A DNA stretch of 64,000 nt from Pelagibacteraceae bacterium AG-422-B15 (GTDB lineage Bacteria; Pseudomonadota; Alphaproteobacteria; Pelagibacterales; AG-422-B15), in NCBI GenBank assembly GCA_003213715.1, contig QCMN01000001.1, positions 57,956-121,955 on the forward strand. Reading direction: 5' to 3'. Positions 63,340 through 64,000 of this stretch are shown here, piece by piece. The number at the start of each line of letters is the position of its first letter. Position 1 is the stretch's first letter. Under the pieces are notes generated by a model. That model had not been told where the DNA came from. It saw only the letters and a list, made by a program, of their open reading frames with translations, and did no database searches. A program made the translations under genes and the position numbers.

Positions 63340-64000
63340 TGAATATAGGAGCCAACTTCAATTTTATGTCCTAAGAGAAAATCATTGATTGTACAATCTT
63401 GTTTACCTTCAACTCTTAGAAGCAACGGTCTAATTGAATTAATGCCACAACCAATTAAAAATTCTTCATTCATAATCTTTCCGGCCTCGCCTTTCTCATG
63501 AATTACCTCAGCCTTCAGTATTTTAATTCTTTTATTATTTAGTGAAAACCAAGCACATGGACTAGGATTATATGCATTTATACGTCTATTTATTTTCTCG
63601 GCATTTTCAGTCCAGTCAATTAAAGCTTCTTGTTTTTGTATTTTCTTTGCATAACAAGCTTGCGTGTCATTTTGTTTAGTAAACTGGATAGAGCCATCTA
63701 ATCTATTAATAAAGTTTATAAGCAATTCAGCTCCTTCATTTGCGAGTTCTTTTTCTAATTCACTGTAGTTTTGTTGTTCAATTTGTATTTCTTTTTGTAG
63801 CCCAATATCTCCAGTATCAAGGCCTTTATCCATTTTCATAATTGTAACGCCCGTAGTCTGATCACCTTCAATCATTGCTCTCTGAATTGGTGCAGCTCCC
63901 CTCCACCGAGGGAGTAAAGACGCATGTACATTAAAACAACCAAGTTTAGGTAAGTTGATTACTTCTTCAGGTAATATCAGTCCATAAGCAACAACAATTA
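63336..64000 (-). CDS. fmt: Methionyl-tRNA formyltransferase (N-terminus lies beyond the window edge)
   Basis: The track ORF 63336-63875 continues in frame to the window end. Manual translation of 63876-64000 gives ...VVAYGLILPEEVINLPKLGCFNVHASLLPRWRGAAPIQRAMIEGDQ. Confidence 0.85.
   Translation of the reverse strand, partial: IVVAYGLILPEEVINLPKLGCFNVHASLLPRWRGAAPIQRAMIEGDQTTGVTIMKMDKGLDTGDIGLQKEIQIEQQNYSELEKELANEGAELLINFINRLDGSIQFTKQNDTQACYAKKIQKQEALIDWTENAEKINRRINAYNPSPCAWFSLNNKRIKILKAEVIHEKGEAGKIMNEEFLIGCGINSIRPLLLRVEGKQDCTINDFLLGHKIEVGSYIQ

Noticed and set aside
1-64000. Search for CRISPR arrays, tandem repeats, IS elements, toxin-antitoxin pairs or classic defence genes (nucleases, helicases, methyltransferases).
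   Set aside because: I noticed no repeat-spacer periodicity, no transposase or integrase, and no defence-type domains on reading both strands. Systematic repeat detection would need a program.

Overview
The window is very AT-rich (judged by eye, not computed) and extremely gene-dense. Its features point to a streamlined marine alphaproteobacterium of the Pelagibacterales (SAR11) type: GcrA, a class I lysyl-tRNA synthetase, many 1-4 nt gene overlaps, and convergent genes that share or abut stop codons. This taxonomic placement is an inference.

I support about 70 CDSs, one tRNA-Arg(ACG), rpmH (missed by the ORF track), and a few regulatory motifs. I saw no CRISPR arrays, transposases, integrases or phage genes.

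Layout:
- 0.1-11.6 kb: a nitrogen-compound locus. It holds a glutamine-synthetase-like ligase, a cupin hydroxylase-like protein, a divergent M19-like hydrolase, a 551-aa orphan, a DUF3726-like protein, an aldehyde dehydrogenase and a Pot-type ABC importer.
- 11.6-20.4 kb: a TetR-centred divergon. One arm is a GST/NMO operon. The other encodes a membrane-anchored DJ-1-like protein, an MBL hydrolase and a sulfatase.
- 20.5-23.7 kb: MarR-like regulator, dienelactone hydrolase, Fe-ADH and EamA transporter.
- 23.7-28.5 kb: an esterase / GPH symporter / GalK / GH1 glycoside operon.
- 29-42 kb: beta-oxidation-type genes interspersed with Nudix, YbaK-like and RfbA-like genes and a TauE / TIGR02186-like / CcdA membrane triad.
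- 42-59 kb: housekeeping genes (pyrD, lysK, folE, trkH, argF, argD, gcrA, rpmH-rnpA-yidD-yidC, argB, dapD, dapE).
- 59.4-62.6 kb: a circularly permuted ATP-grasp / alpha-E / transglutaminase triad, followed by truA and a partial fmt.

Best candidates for undescribed biology:
- The unassigned M19-like / 551-aa / DUF3726-like module inside the gamma-glutamylation-like locus.
- The ATP-grasp / alpha-E / transglutaminase triad with an unusual leader region.
- The membrane-anchored DJ-1 / MBL / sulfatase operon.
- The glycoside operon.

There is also an apparent +1 frameshift at a poly-A run near the 3' end of dapE.
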